A stretch of 64,000 bases of DNA from Lingula anatina (GCA_051362555.1 CM120641.1:9114001-9178000), one strand, 5' to 3'. Shown: positions 35,642 to 49,627, numbered from the stretch's first letter. Translations and numbers: made by a program. The notes: generated by a model not told the origin, from the sequence alone.

Positions 35642-38600
35642 CTACGGGTTTCCTGCCTGTCCTGTTGCTGCAAAACCTTTTGTGTGCCTGTTGTGATTAA
35701 CTATGTCCCATTTCTTCATCCATGGACCAGATATAGTTGTGTTAAACTCATCCTCTTCCTATTATAAGCAAATAAACACAGAACAACTTTTAAAAGTTCT
35801 CATATAAAAGTTCTATTTGTAAATTTTACTGAATTAAATAGAAAACATTCCCATACATCTTGGAGAACCAAGTGCATACAGCATTCAAACCTATGCTCAT
35901 TCATGTGTACAGAGAAAAGAATTATTATTGATACTTTTTATTGGGGGGGAGGTCAGTTAATTTAATGTAAATGCTTCCTGTCATTCAGTGTCCTTTATGT
36001 TAAAACATTTCCATGCACATCCGAAATGGCACCTTTAACTGTAACTTTACCTTATTCAGCGCTTTGCTCTGCACTGTAGTTCTATCCACTGCCAAGAAAG
36101 GCTCCCAGTCCAACTTTAAATTTGGATCTTTGGATGATCTTAAAAGAACTCCATCTTTCAAACCCCAGAATGCAATGGGGTCATGAAGGCTAGACCATCG
36201 AAGATCAAAGCTCCATCTAATGACACTGGAGTAGTTGTTCAGACTAAAAAAGAGATCTTCTTTTGCATTACGTGGGATATTGCGAGTCCAGACCATGATT
36301 TCTTCAGGTCTGACCTTTTGAAGTACAATCACTCATATTCAAAGTCATAATTTAAAGTAAAGAAAATTGGTATTTAAAATAAAAAAAAATAAAATTATAG
36401 AGTGTTTAAAATTATATATAATAATGTTTATAAATACTTACCTTCTGTGAGGGGTTAAATTGTTGAATAAAAGAAACCCTCCATAAGGCACAGGCACTGT
36501 GACCAGATCTTCATTCAGATCAACATCTGGATGGAGAATAATACATTTTTATTCAGTAATATCTTATTTACAAGTACTTTGATTACATTTTTCACAACAT
36601 CAGTATGGGTCATGGAGGAGAACAAATATGGAGAAGTAAAGTAAAAATTACAGCTGATGGAGATGAGCAAATTATAAGGGTTGGAGAAAACAAAACGATC
36701 ACACCATTGACGTCAAACCGTGTTAGAGACGCCATGTAAAACATGGGAATGCAGATTAATTTTGAGTTCAGGATTTTGCAGTTAAATCTGTAAGCAAACA
36801 ACCCTGGGAAACATTGTCTAGTTTAATTTTATCCATGTGGTAAAATCATCAAATTCAATATTTGAGTAACAACTCTATCAATGGAAACCCATTTTCTTTT
36901 GCCATCCTTTCTTACCCAGAGATTTTTCCATCACCTCTTCATCCAGCATCACATACCAGGTTGGTCCAGCACAGCAGGTGTGGGTGGCCACCTTCCCTTT
37001 CTTATGGCCATTTTTCACAACCTGCAAACAGAAGTCAAAATGTTATCATGCAAACATAGATGTGAGATATACTGTATGTATTACTTTAAATCACAATCAT
37101 GCCTTTGATATCCAGAGACAGATTCTTTAATACCATCTGCTAAACTTCTGATCTGCACCAGACCTTAGTGGTGAAAATGTTTTATTGTATTGGTAATTCT
37201 GACGTTGTGCACAACAGATAAGAAATATACTTCAAAGCCTTCATATCAAATTATTTAAGAAAAACAACTGGATTGAATGAATGAAAAAAAATGAGCTAAC
37301 CATGCAAATCATTTTCCAACCTTTAGGAAGGATTATTTTAAATCGTGATCAATCTGTTTTTTTTTTACAGTGTACATTACAAAGAACAAAAGTACAAAGA
37401 AAACCGATTTACAAAATGGAATGAAAATGTGTGATTGACCCAAAATATAAACATAAGTAGATAAAACAAGTGCTAGTTGACAAGATCATCCATATTGGCC
37501 TATTATCAGAGTGCCAGATACAAGAAACTAACAGTGTTGTCTTTTGTGACTTAATTTCTTCATTTAGCAGAACTGATTGACAAAACTGATTTCCTAGCCT
37601 AAATTTGCAAGAATTGAAATTACTGTTTTATAATGGTACTTGTTTTGATATTGATGCTTAAAATCACATACCTGCATACATCCATTATTTTCATTGGCAT
37701 CCAGTAAAGGAATCCAGGCTGTTGGAATCATCATTCTGTAGGACTCATTGTCAAAATATGCAGAGTCTAACATTTAAAACAAATATCCATTAAGAAATAT
37801 ATAAAGGTGCCAAACTATGAGTAATATAATAAGCTGTTTATCTTGAAGTTTGTAAATATTACAGATTATGATTTAAGCAGATTTTATGTACAATGAACCA
37901 TAAAATACATAAGAAAGTGCAAAACAGTGAAAGAACTATAATATTTATCTTGCTTCCTCTAATGACAGTTCATAGAAACTAATCACCATGCACTCTTTCG
38001 GCCAATCTTATTCCCAATTATCTGATTTCATTAATTAATCGAGACCCATGTTCAAATACTTTAAAATTAAAGAGTACAAAAATATTACCTTGGTGCCAAG
38101 GAACAACTGTGGCATCATTCTTTGGAGTTTTGGTCCTTAAATTCCACACAGGATGGCCCACAATGTCTGGACCAATCAGCTGCTCTACCACATTTAATAG
38201 CCGTTCATTGGACCACAAGTCTCGAACAGCCTGTAAAACAAGAGCAGAATTCATAATAATCAAGATCTCAGATCTTTTAAAAGTATGAAATCAAAATCGG
38301 TACAATTGGAGCATTGATTATATATATATACAACAGAATTATTTCAGAAATTCAACAAAAACATTTCCTCAAAATATCCAATATGTATCCTTACTTGTGG
38401 CATTTTCCCATTTTTGTGAAGAAGAATGCTTGCCCCTGGAAATTCTTTTTCCAACATTGTGAGTCTTTCAAACAGACCATAATCACTGTAAAGTTCTGCA
38501 ATGAAATTGTGTAGAACTTACTACAGTTCCATAGTTAAACACACACAAAAAAAAAAAAAAAAAACTCAAAGACACATGGGTCTTCTGTTTAACTTTAAAA

Positions 38601-40170
38601 TTCTCTCTAACTGGGAACACTTAAACTTTGCAAACTGACAGAAAGACCAGACAAAATCGATAAGTCAGTACACCAGACTTCACAAAAGGCCAAGAAAACT
38701 GTCAGATATTCAGTCTGACAAGCTTGAAAATTCTGTCAGACTAAACAAAATCTTTCAGACCAAAGCAAAATTATACAAAAATGGCAAATTATTTGATTTT
38801 TTCAAGTTTTCAGGGATATTTTTATTGTTAATTTATGGACTCTTTAAATAAATTTTTCCATGTATTTCACACTCAAACTTTGCAACAATACAAAACAAAT
38901 AAAACAGATCACAATATAAATTCACAAGTTCATTCAGTCTACTGACCTGTTTACAACGAGTCAATGTTTTTTAACCAACTTAACAATTTTGTCTGGCCTA
39001 ACATTATAATTAAAGTAGATGCAGTGCTAAAAGAATCATGGAAATTCAATTTAAGATGAAACACATTTTCCATAAAAAGACAAAAGTCTGGTATACCAGA
39101 TAACAATTTGCTTTCATGTCTTTTTGTGAGTGTGTATCTGTGTTTATATCGGCTACTATGTATAGACACAAATTACTGTCATGTCTTACTTTTTACTTTT
39201 CCTGCCTTGTATAATTTTTGTGCAAGTTCTTCCACCAAATTGTCAACAGCGTGTCTCACTGGTTCAAGTTCCTCTGGTGTAAAGAACTCCTCAACTAATA
39301 TATATCCCTAAAAAAAGAATCAGGTGATAAGTATATGGTATTTAAAAGTTAGATAAAATGAAAAAAAAAATCAAATTTACAACTGCTCAAAAAAGAAATT
39401 TACTCTTCCTAATAACAGCCTGCTATTAAAACTCTCACTCTCCCTCATCATTTTATTTCTCTTCACCTGGGAGATGGGATATTGATGTGGGCAATGTCAT
39501 AAACTTTATAGCAAGCAGTAACAAATTGATGCTGGTAGTAACTAGTGTGATATCTAAAATCATTTTATGGAGCTTTTCATTTTCATCAAAGAAGCAGACG
39601 AGCATGGTGGAAATAATAATTTCAAATGGCCTAAATATCTTAAACATAAATTGGACAATTTTTATTTTTTAAAATACTCCTTGGTGGTGATGATACCACA
39701 TGTTAGTAAATGCATCACTGCAATAAATGCAAAACTCTCAGCAGTCAAATTTTTGTTTTGCCTGTTGCCAGTATTGGTGAGTGGTGTGGATATCAATTTT
39801 AAGTTGGAGTGTGAACCCTCACTCTGCTGTCAAATTGATCGATTAATGGACCTAAACAACCCCTCTAGAATACCAGACTTGTCTACTACAGTGCACAAAT
39901 TCACTTGTGGGCCTTTTGCCTCAGTTTTCGGTCTGACACGCTAGGTACTTACCGCTTAGCATGTAAGAAAAACACTGAAACAAGTAGACCCTACCACTAA
40001 TACATGCATGATGTACTGCCAGTGAAAGTGGCACTGACCTCTTCATAGAACTGTTTTAGCTGTTCTTCGTTTAACTGTCCAGGTTTCTTCTCATTGGTTT
40101 GTGGAGGTATTGTGTTAAACACCTCTGGATAGACCTCTTTTACTACTCCTGAATCAACTGAGACATCCAT
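35642..40170 (-). CDS. PhyH family 2OG-Fe(II) dioxygenase, paralog B
   Basis: Exons 40170-40039, 39307-39190, 38495-38395, 38230-38089, 37766-37672, 37021-36916, 36526-36442, 36243-36051 and 35758-35642. Intron positions are identical to paralog A; PWHQD and PHRS motifs present. Confidence 0.93.
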
Positions 40171-42415
40171 AGAGTATAACGTACAGCTGTTTCACAGCAC
40201 ACAAACCACAAGCACTCCACAAGATGAAGACGTTTCAGCCTCGTTGCAGAAGTAGGTCACGCAGACAAGTACTTGGGGCTGGTGGGCTAGTGACTTACAC
40301 AAATTATCAATTTCAAATAATTTATATGTCAAACGACGTGTTTTTTTAGTAATACATTTTGTATACGTAATTAATGAAGATTTTTCTTCAAAATTAACCA
40401 AAGTCTTACATCTAAGAATCTTATCTTATCACCAAAGCCCACGTGCTCATTGTTTACTTTGCCTCGTTTTCAAATAACTTGCAGGAGAAGCCTTCTCCAA
40501 AAAATTGGTGTAAACAAAAAGAGTACTTAAAAAGAGGCTTCCTTCTAATTTGTGTAAAAATAGCAGACACCTGTCTCAGTGAAAGAATAAAAAACGACCA
40601 TTTTACTGATAATATTGTTTAAAAGACTGTGCAATAGTATGATTGAAAACGGAAACATTATTATAACTTCAATGGGGTGCATTCTCATAAACACCATGGG
40701 TATACGTGGACTGACCCAAATCTGAGGAGACCCTTGCTGAGTGCAATCAGCTTGACACGCCTCTTCCTGGTGTTAAGTAGAATACAGCAAAGCTGGTGAT
40801 CATATGAGTATGTTGGAAACAAATGGAGGCATGTCACTGAATTAAGCTGGTTGCACTTAGGAGTAGCTGCAGAGTTGTGTCGATCCATGTATCCAATGAT
40901 GCCTTTAAGGGAATGGGGTCAAAGATAGGATTGAAAAGCCTGTTCACAATGTTCCAAAACATTACCAATATGCAGTTATCTTTTTCAAACATTTATGCTT
41001 TAATGTGCATTAGAAGTCCATTTTTGCCATAAATCCCACCGTATAGTTTCAATTGGTGGAACTTCAAGAAATACCAAAGGGCTTTGTTTTACATTTCCTG
41101 AAAAATTATATTAACATGGGTGTTTCGTGCTCTTTATAACCTTCAGTAGTTTAACTGCACATGCAGTAATGTACCATTCACTGTCATTCATTTTGGTGAA
41201 CTTTCATGAACTGAAGGGAAGGGCAAGTAGGTAAATACATGGCAAGAAATTTGAAGAAAGTGCAGTTTTAAAGGACAGTTATGGCTGATCAAGTGATGAA
41301 TTTTTGTCTCAGCTAGAGTTGATCCGAGCCATAAAATAAACTACTAGAAGTGTTTGGTTGCAAAAATTTTTTACAAGATTCTTATGGAGGGTAGCCAACT
41401 ATGAGCTTCTCATTTCAGCATAAAGAATTCAAGCTAATAAGATTAGTTAACACATTTCATCACATAATCTGTATAATGTTTTTTGGCATAAAATTATTGA
41501 TGAATCTGCTGGGCATAAAAGATGGGTCAGATTGTACTGTAAAACTGAAGAATCCAGGTACATTCCAGACAATACTTTTTTCCAATGAATGGTAATAAGA
41601 AATTCTACTTTACAAAATACTGACACATTTAACACCTCTTAAACAACAACTGTACACTAATAGCCCATTTTATTATATACAAAAATGTCAAATTTACATG
41701 ATCTATATTTTTCCCAATATAGGTGACTGTTAACACAAAGTTGAAAAATATTTCACAAATATTTAAATTGAGAAATGTGACCAATCTTTCTAATAATGTT
41801 ACATTTCATTATGAAGCAAATTGCTATATAACACATAGAACATCTGTAAACAGTTGACAAAGTACATAAAAACAAATTCTAACCTTAGAAAATACCTGAT
41901 TAGATACACTTATGTAATCTTTTTTTTTTTTTACTGAATAAAAAAATGCAACACAATCTATATTACTAATACATGTAAGTGGTTATACCCTTCTACATTT
42001 CACATAGTGTGCCAACATCAATTTTAGTCTTCATTATTCAAATTAAACTGCTACATGTTTTTTTTGTACACTGCCAAGTCTAAAACTTGAAGACAAAAAG
42101 CTTACTATTCCCAATCTGTCAAAGATATCCCAAACATCTTCAAAATGATATTTTTTTGGTACAAGTCTAGCAGTGCCAACTTACTTAAAATAGAACATTG
42201 CCCGTTAAATAATCTTCATTAATGGGTATATCATTTCCAAATTCACTGCAGTCTAGAAATTTCTGAACAACAGCTGCATAATGGTTTGTGGTGAATTCTA
42301 ATAGCCTTTAAAAGAAAAGTTCTTCAGTGAGGTCTATATACTTTTCACTGTTATTATGTACAAGGATTCATATCAGTCAGTTGGAACTTTTCAAAAGGAA
42401 ATGTTCACTTCTCCT

Positions 42416-45400
42416 CTACTTGGAGTATGACCCGTATCCTCCCCATCCCTGACTGTAACCTGACTGCCCACTCTGGCCATAGGAGCTTGGTTGCTGAGAC
42501 CACTGGTTACCATAGCCACTCCATTGCCCTGATGAACTACCAGACTGACTGGAACTGCCACTACTTGCTCCCTGATTATAATAATTCTGTAGAAAAAAAT
42601 ACCAGTTAATACCAACTATCCATCCACTTCAATTCAAAATCAAGAAATTATACTTACTGCATCAAAAAATAGTAACAACAGTAGCCCATCTTTATGAATT
42701 TTGCCATAATTACTGTTGTCAAACTGACCTTTAGAATGTATAAAAATAGGAAGTAGAGGATTCTCAAAAATAGGAGTTTTATTGCTAATTTACAATTTAA
42801 ATAGGAAATATTGTACTACAAAGTTGGCCTCTGACAGCTATCTTGATCCAGTATAGTTAATCAAACACATTTTAATTAGTTTACATGAATTGTAAGAAAC
42901 TATATAGGTGTATCAAATGGGTGCCTACCTGCCCATAACCTTGGTTATATCCTCCTCCCCACTGGCCTTGGTTCCATTGACTGGACTGACCCCACTGGCC
43001 TTGTCCACCCCATTGCCCTTGTTGACCCCATTGTCTCTGACCACCCCACTGTCCCTGCTGACTGCCACCTCCCCAACTGCCTTGCTGTCCCCATCTACTT
43101 CCACCATAGCTGCCACCACCACCAGAATGGCGACTCTGGTAGCCCTGTGAAGACAATGTGGAAAATAAAAGTGTACTGTTAGGAAAAAAAAATTTTTAAA
43201 TAATGCTAAATACACATGCATGTGCATGCAATTCAAACAAACAGTTAAGATGGAAGAACGCAAATAAAACCAAAATGGTCTGTTTGTGTAATAATAGGGA
43301 ATATAAAAGACAGCTAAAAGACATTAACCACATCTTTCCTTGTCAATTTAATTTTATATTGAATGGTTCATTCATTTTCATCGTGATTTTTACCTGGCGA
43401 TCATCTTTTCCGCCATAGTTATGTGCTCTATTTCTGTCATGAGATGAGTATCCCATGTAACCACCACCACCACCACGTCGATCATAGCCACCTAGAACAG
43501 ATCAAATTTGTTAACATCTACATCACTCCATGTAATATCTGGAAATAAGAAGCAGAATTATCTGAAGAGTATAAAATTTCACATTTTAAGCTACCACTTG
43601 TAACTACTTCAAAGGTAACCAACCAGTATCTATACTCTTGATAGTCTGTAATGTCTACACTACTCAATGTCCAATATGGAAAAAAAGATCACACTGCTCA
43701 ACAGTAAAATCTCATATCATGGTGTTTTTACAAGTTATTTTATCCCACAACATTTAACCAGCGTCTTCTGGAGGCAGATTTTCAGTTATGCAACACTCTC
43801 TCTAGATCTCCATTTTATACGAAGCAGAAGGTTGAATTGCACTGGTTACTGGGTCGAGATGAACTAACGATCAACAGTGACAAGATGATGTGTCCATCCT
43901 TGAGGCATTGAGCATTGAGGCTGTTCGTAAAAGTGGATGAACTACTTCATATAATGCTCATTTACCCCTGCCTGAATGAGATCTGCCCTGGTAGCCATGA
44001 TGGTCTCCATAAGAACCTGAAGAAATTGTGAATCTTAAATACCCTGATAATCTTACTGAGTCCACTCTGTAGAGTACAGAGTAAAATAACTGTCACATAA
44101 AATCAAATACATACTTCAAAGCTAGTTGTCTATTTGCAACATTTTGTCATTATTGTCCATTTCTTTTGTGTATGTGTGGCATTGAGAGCCTCCATGTCAG
44201 TTGACACTCATGGCTTAAAGGCAGAAGTCTTTAAAAACCATTATAAATATAAATTGCCTCAATTTTGCTCAGATATAAACACTGGAAATTCTTTCTCAAA
44301 ACATTCTACTGTAAAATGCTGTACACTCAAATAATGACCCTTGCAGCACTAACAATCAACCCCATACAATTTTTCAATAAGTCAAATTTTAGAAGTCTAA
44401 ACAAAGAATTTGATGGAAGAGAAGAGATTGCAGAAAAGGTTAAACTTATATATTCCCTCATGCTTACTGATTTGAAACTTTGGTTTCTCTATGATAGATA
44501 CAGATGCTTACTGCTTATTTGTCAGTCTGATCAATGTACAAACTTAGTGCACGTGCAAGATTTTGCTAACCACCTACTTCTATACAATATCTTATTAGTA
44601 CATAGGTTAATGCTGTCATAACCTTATGTTCAATAAATTATACAGTCATTCAGATATATCTTGAGACAGTCTCCTAAATAACTATTCATCAAGCACAATA
44701 ATTAATTTATGTAAAAATAAAATGAACATGGCTCATGCATCAATATCTAAATATAGTTTTCAAATTCTAACATGGCTGAAGACATTCTCTGCCTTAAGAC
44801 ACTAGGCAAGAAACACTCCTTGGATCCTCCAACAGAGAGGATGACCCACCCATTTTTTGTCAAACAACAAACTAACCTCTTCCTCCCCTTCCACGGTCAT
44901 CCCTGCCTCCATATCTGTCCCTGAAGCCACCCCCGCGGCCACCACCACCACCTCCGTAGCGATTGCGATCTTGGTAACCACCTCCGCGACCCCTGAAATC
45001 ACGCCTATCTCCACCACGGAAGTCACGACCTGAATTCATATTTTTCAAATTTTGAACTAAGGATATATGTGATAATAATACAAAAAATGAAAATAATTGT
45101 GAATATAAAACAAAGCTAACTATTTTCAACACTTTATTTAAATTCTAAGACCGACTAAAAAACAACACTGGATCATCAAAATCATTATCATCTTACAGCT
45201 TTTTTCCTAGCTTTTGTTTAAGCTGATGTCTACAATTTGAGATCAATTTTGGATTCATCAGACAGGAAAATTTCAGTGCACGTCTTATACTAAAGTCTCA
45301 CCTCCACGCCTGTCATCACTGCGGAAACGTTTATGAGGAGGAAACATCTTCTGACCCTCCTCATTGTACTGTTTCACAAGCTTCTCAGCTTCTTCTTTGC

Positions 45401-48400
45401 TTTGCTCTACAAATTCCACAGCATCAAAGGGACTGCCAACCTCTGGCAGGTGAAAGTTAGCTGCAATTACAACCAAATCTAATATTAATTTAGTTTTTCT
45501 TTCTCCCCAGTGGGTTTTAAAGAACCTAGCCTGCTGTTTTGCACTTATTAGCAAAAACTGTGTGCTTGACCAAAACAGCAAACTAGGTTGCCTCAAAGCA
45601 AACATAGAGAAGAAGATATTGCCTCCAAGTCTCTGTTTGCTTTAAAGAACATCGATATCCTTCTGTCAAATAATATACATATAAACATGTGCATCTACTA
45701 AGGCTAATTGTCTAACCTACAACTGCCTGCATGCTGGGCTGACAAATCCTACCTTTCATTTCAAGTACTGCATGTTCAGGCACATCTTTGCCCTCCTCTT
45801 TCTCCCGACCTGCAATCCTCTCTTTGAACGTCTCATCTGTTGGTATTACCACTATAGCCTTGCGTTGAAAGCCTTCAAAAGGGCGCATTTTACGTCTCTG
45901 GGCCGATGGATACACATTTGTCTGCACATGACGGTAAAAGACAATAGGATATTCAATGTGTCTTGATTCTTAATTGTGTCCATACTGACACCATACTCCA
46001 TTTGTTTTTTTTTTCCTTCTGCAAGATAAGTCCATAAGACATGATAGACTGGCCATCGGCCCCTTTGCTGTTACTCAGTACAGAGTAGCAGCTGACCATT
46101 TTCCTTGGGATATACTCACCTCCTACTGACTGGGTGGTACTAAACCTACAACTGAAATTTTTGACTCTTGTGAACTAAGCTTATAAGTAAACTGCCCTGA
46201 TGTTTAATACACATATATATGTGTATATATATGTGTGTGTGTGCCATCTCTGCAGACTTAATTCCTTCTTGTGCTTGGCATATCTTTCTGCTCCATGCTA
46301 CTGCTAAATCACGGAAAAAATGTGATTAGTTTTCTTGCTTAACAATTACATTCTACATCCTGTTGGATCATCACCATATAATGCTTAAGTACATTAGCAT
46401 CCCAGTGCATTATGTTTTCTGTGAAGCTCCTGTTGTTGTGTATCCTCAGCCATTTGTCACCCCTCCATTAAAATAATGAAAAGCTACTCACCTTCTATTA
46501 CTTTGTTCTTCTTCATGTCTACTCACCCCCTATCCCAGTAACCCAAAGGAAAATAACTTACCTGTACCTACCCATGTTAATCCTCTACTTCAGACCTCAA
46601 ATGGTACTTACCCAAGTTTTTTTCACTTTTCAGCTTGGTCCACCATACACTTGCCCTCCCCAATTGACAGATAAATATTTAAACAGTAGGTTCACTCAAT
46701 CAACCAAGGTCAGCTCACAATACATACCCTCTGATACCAGTTTGTGAAAAGTTTATTTACCACAAAGATATAACATAAGTAAATATAACATATGATACAA
46801 AAAGATACTGAATGAGATAAGCATGCATCAACTGTTGCATCATTAAGTTGAAGGTTCTTCACTTTATTAAGGCCATTTCCTTATCAGACTCCCATTATCC
46901 AAATGAAGCATAACTCAACATCCTCTTATGGTCTGGTTCTGTTACTCTGCCCAATACAAACTGCAAGTTGCTACTGAAATAAACTTCTGTGCTATCCACA
47001 TCGCTGTACCGAAACTGCTGCATCAAATGAAAAACTTTCAGGTAAATAATTCTTTCTGCTTCTGCATAGCATTTTCTCAGGTTGTAATATTAACAACACA
47101 ACTAACTGCTGAAAAAAATTCTCTTTCAATTGATTTCAACATTCCAGTTCATAATTTGCTCATGGGCAGGTATAATCTTAGATTAAAAGCATGAAAATAA
47201 AATGACAGTTTCACTGTGTAGTTTAGCATGACCTTTAGCTCTTTGTACTAAACAAATTCAACTTAAAAACCTAAAACAACTTGTTATAACTAAGATTTCA
47301 ATCCTAATGCATCCAATGTGCTCTTCTTCCAGGATGAGCGTGCCTTCAATTAATGTGCAGGAGGCCCAGCTTTCAGAAAACAATAAATCTACTACCACAA
47401 GAGCTGCAAATCAAACATCCTCAGGATCACAATAACACAACTAACATGAAATAGAGGCATCTTATACAGATAATGAAGTAGTACTGAAGTATGAAATCTG
47501 CAAAAATTACAGGAACTATAATAACCTTTAAATGGTGTTGACATGTATATTATTATCTTAACTAACAAACAGTTCATTATGACCTAATACTTATAGAAAC
47601 CTGGCTGAGTGAGTGAACCAAACTGCAATGACAAGAGGACTTATATGGTAATGTGAATCATATGAACTGCCCATAGTCATCATCCCACCCCACACCTTCT
47701 CTGCGCATAGAACATTGAAACTAAAAATCTGTTTTTACCTGATCTAAAATGTAGTTCCTTTTCTTTCTGGCAGCCACCTCCAAAAGCCTGTTCAGGCATC
47801 TTGTAGATTTGTCAATGAGAACGTCCCAGCGTCCTGCATAGTTCCTCTTGCGAGGCAAGCCCATCACCTGAAAGAAGTTATATCAATATTCTTGAAATTT
47901 GCTGGCACAGTGGTTTGTTTTACCATTACAAAGAATTTTAACAGGGATGACGTGATAAATGTTCAAGAACGGAAATGAAACGATACCAAGGACCCTGATA
48001 TATTTTTTCATTTAATCATTGAACAATTGAAACAGATTACATTCATCTTCAATGATATTACCTTCATCTTATCAATAATGTTGTTTGTACCAAGAATGCA
48101 ATATTGTTTATCTGGAAACTCTGCTACATGTTTGTTAGCCCAGTAGGTCTTGCCACTTCCAGGCAGTCCACACATCATAAGGACCTGAAGAGTCAAGCAG
48201 CAAGGAATATACAAGGAAGGCATGTGATATTCCTTTATTGAGATGGGGTCATCCAGCCAAGATTTTACACCTGAACACCTCACAGCTCAATTCAAACTTT
48301 TTTGTGGAGGTAGAATCCAATTCAACAAGAAATGCTGAAGAGGAAAAATACTGTACCAAACCATCAAATAGTGCTTTTTCTTTGCTGTTGTGATCAGTGA

Positions 48401-49559
48401 GATCTTGCCTGTAAAGACCCTCTTAAAAAACTAAATAATTCAGGCACCTCAGATTTTTGGCACAACTCATCAGTTCCAAGAATGTTGTAACATTTTTCCC
48501 TGTGTTCTTCTGCATAATTCAATGCCCATCTAGTTTTTCCTGATCCAGGTAACCCACACATCATTATTACCTGTATATGAAATTATTACAGTTCAGTAGA
48601 TCTATCCAAACAAGAAGTCAACAGCTGAGAAAATGGTACAAACAGTAAGTCATATTTCATTTTCACTTATAATTTACCCTTCTTGGCAGGGAACATCAAC
48701 AAATAGTTCTTGTATAATAGCAATCCACAAATAACTGTTCAGTAAGACAGAACCTGTTAACAAGAACAATAATGTAACATCAACTAAAAAAACATCTATC
48801 TGGGAGATACCTCACAGTCTTCCTTCTTTTCTGGTGGTAGTGCACCTCTCTGGCGGCTCTCTACTGGCACAGCATTCAGAAAAGTGAAGCCTTCCAAGAT
48901 GGTACTCATTGGTTCCTCCTAGAACATACAATTGAAATCTATGAAGGAAATGATGACACACACTTTGCATAATGCCAAAAATTCTAAGACTGAATCATGG
49001 CTCAGAATAGCGTATAATATATGATCATCTTACATCATTAAAATGTTGTCCTCATTGCCAAAGATTCGGTACGTCATGTCAGAACTGTTAAATCGACATC
49101 TTTAAGATTTTAATATTTTTGGCCATTGGCTGGCTATTTTGGTTGACCTGAATTTCACTAGCAGAATAACTTGAGTTGTAAGATTAAGCTAATTACTGAA
49201 CCCGACAGGAATTTAGCATCTCAATTCTGTGCCAACTTACTTTCTGCCCAAAGTTGGCCTCAAATTCTGTGTTCTTTGTGAGGACATGGGGGAACAATGC
49301 TTTCCCTTCAAGTTCAGAGGCAGGGACTTCAAAACAGTTGCCTTGGTCAACACCATTCTTGGTGAATTTTATGATGACTGGATCACTCTCAAAGTCCTAC
49401 AGAAAAATGGAAATAAGAATGAACACAAACACTGGCATTGTATCAAATTTTTGTAAATCCACCACACAAGTTAACCCCAAATTTCGTATTCTTGGCTCAG
49501 AATAGTGTATTGTTGAATGATCACTGGCAATCACATTAACATATCCTTGCCATTGAAAA

Positions 49560-49627
<68 letters not shown>

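Noticed and set aside
47600-47690. C-box (ATGATGA) suggesting another snoRNA
   Set aside because: No D box or terminal stem at a suitable distance.
48678-48753. Possible stop-containing cassette exon (AG..GT bounded)
   Set aside because: The upstream intron would be only about 57 nt and there is no other support.
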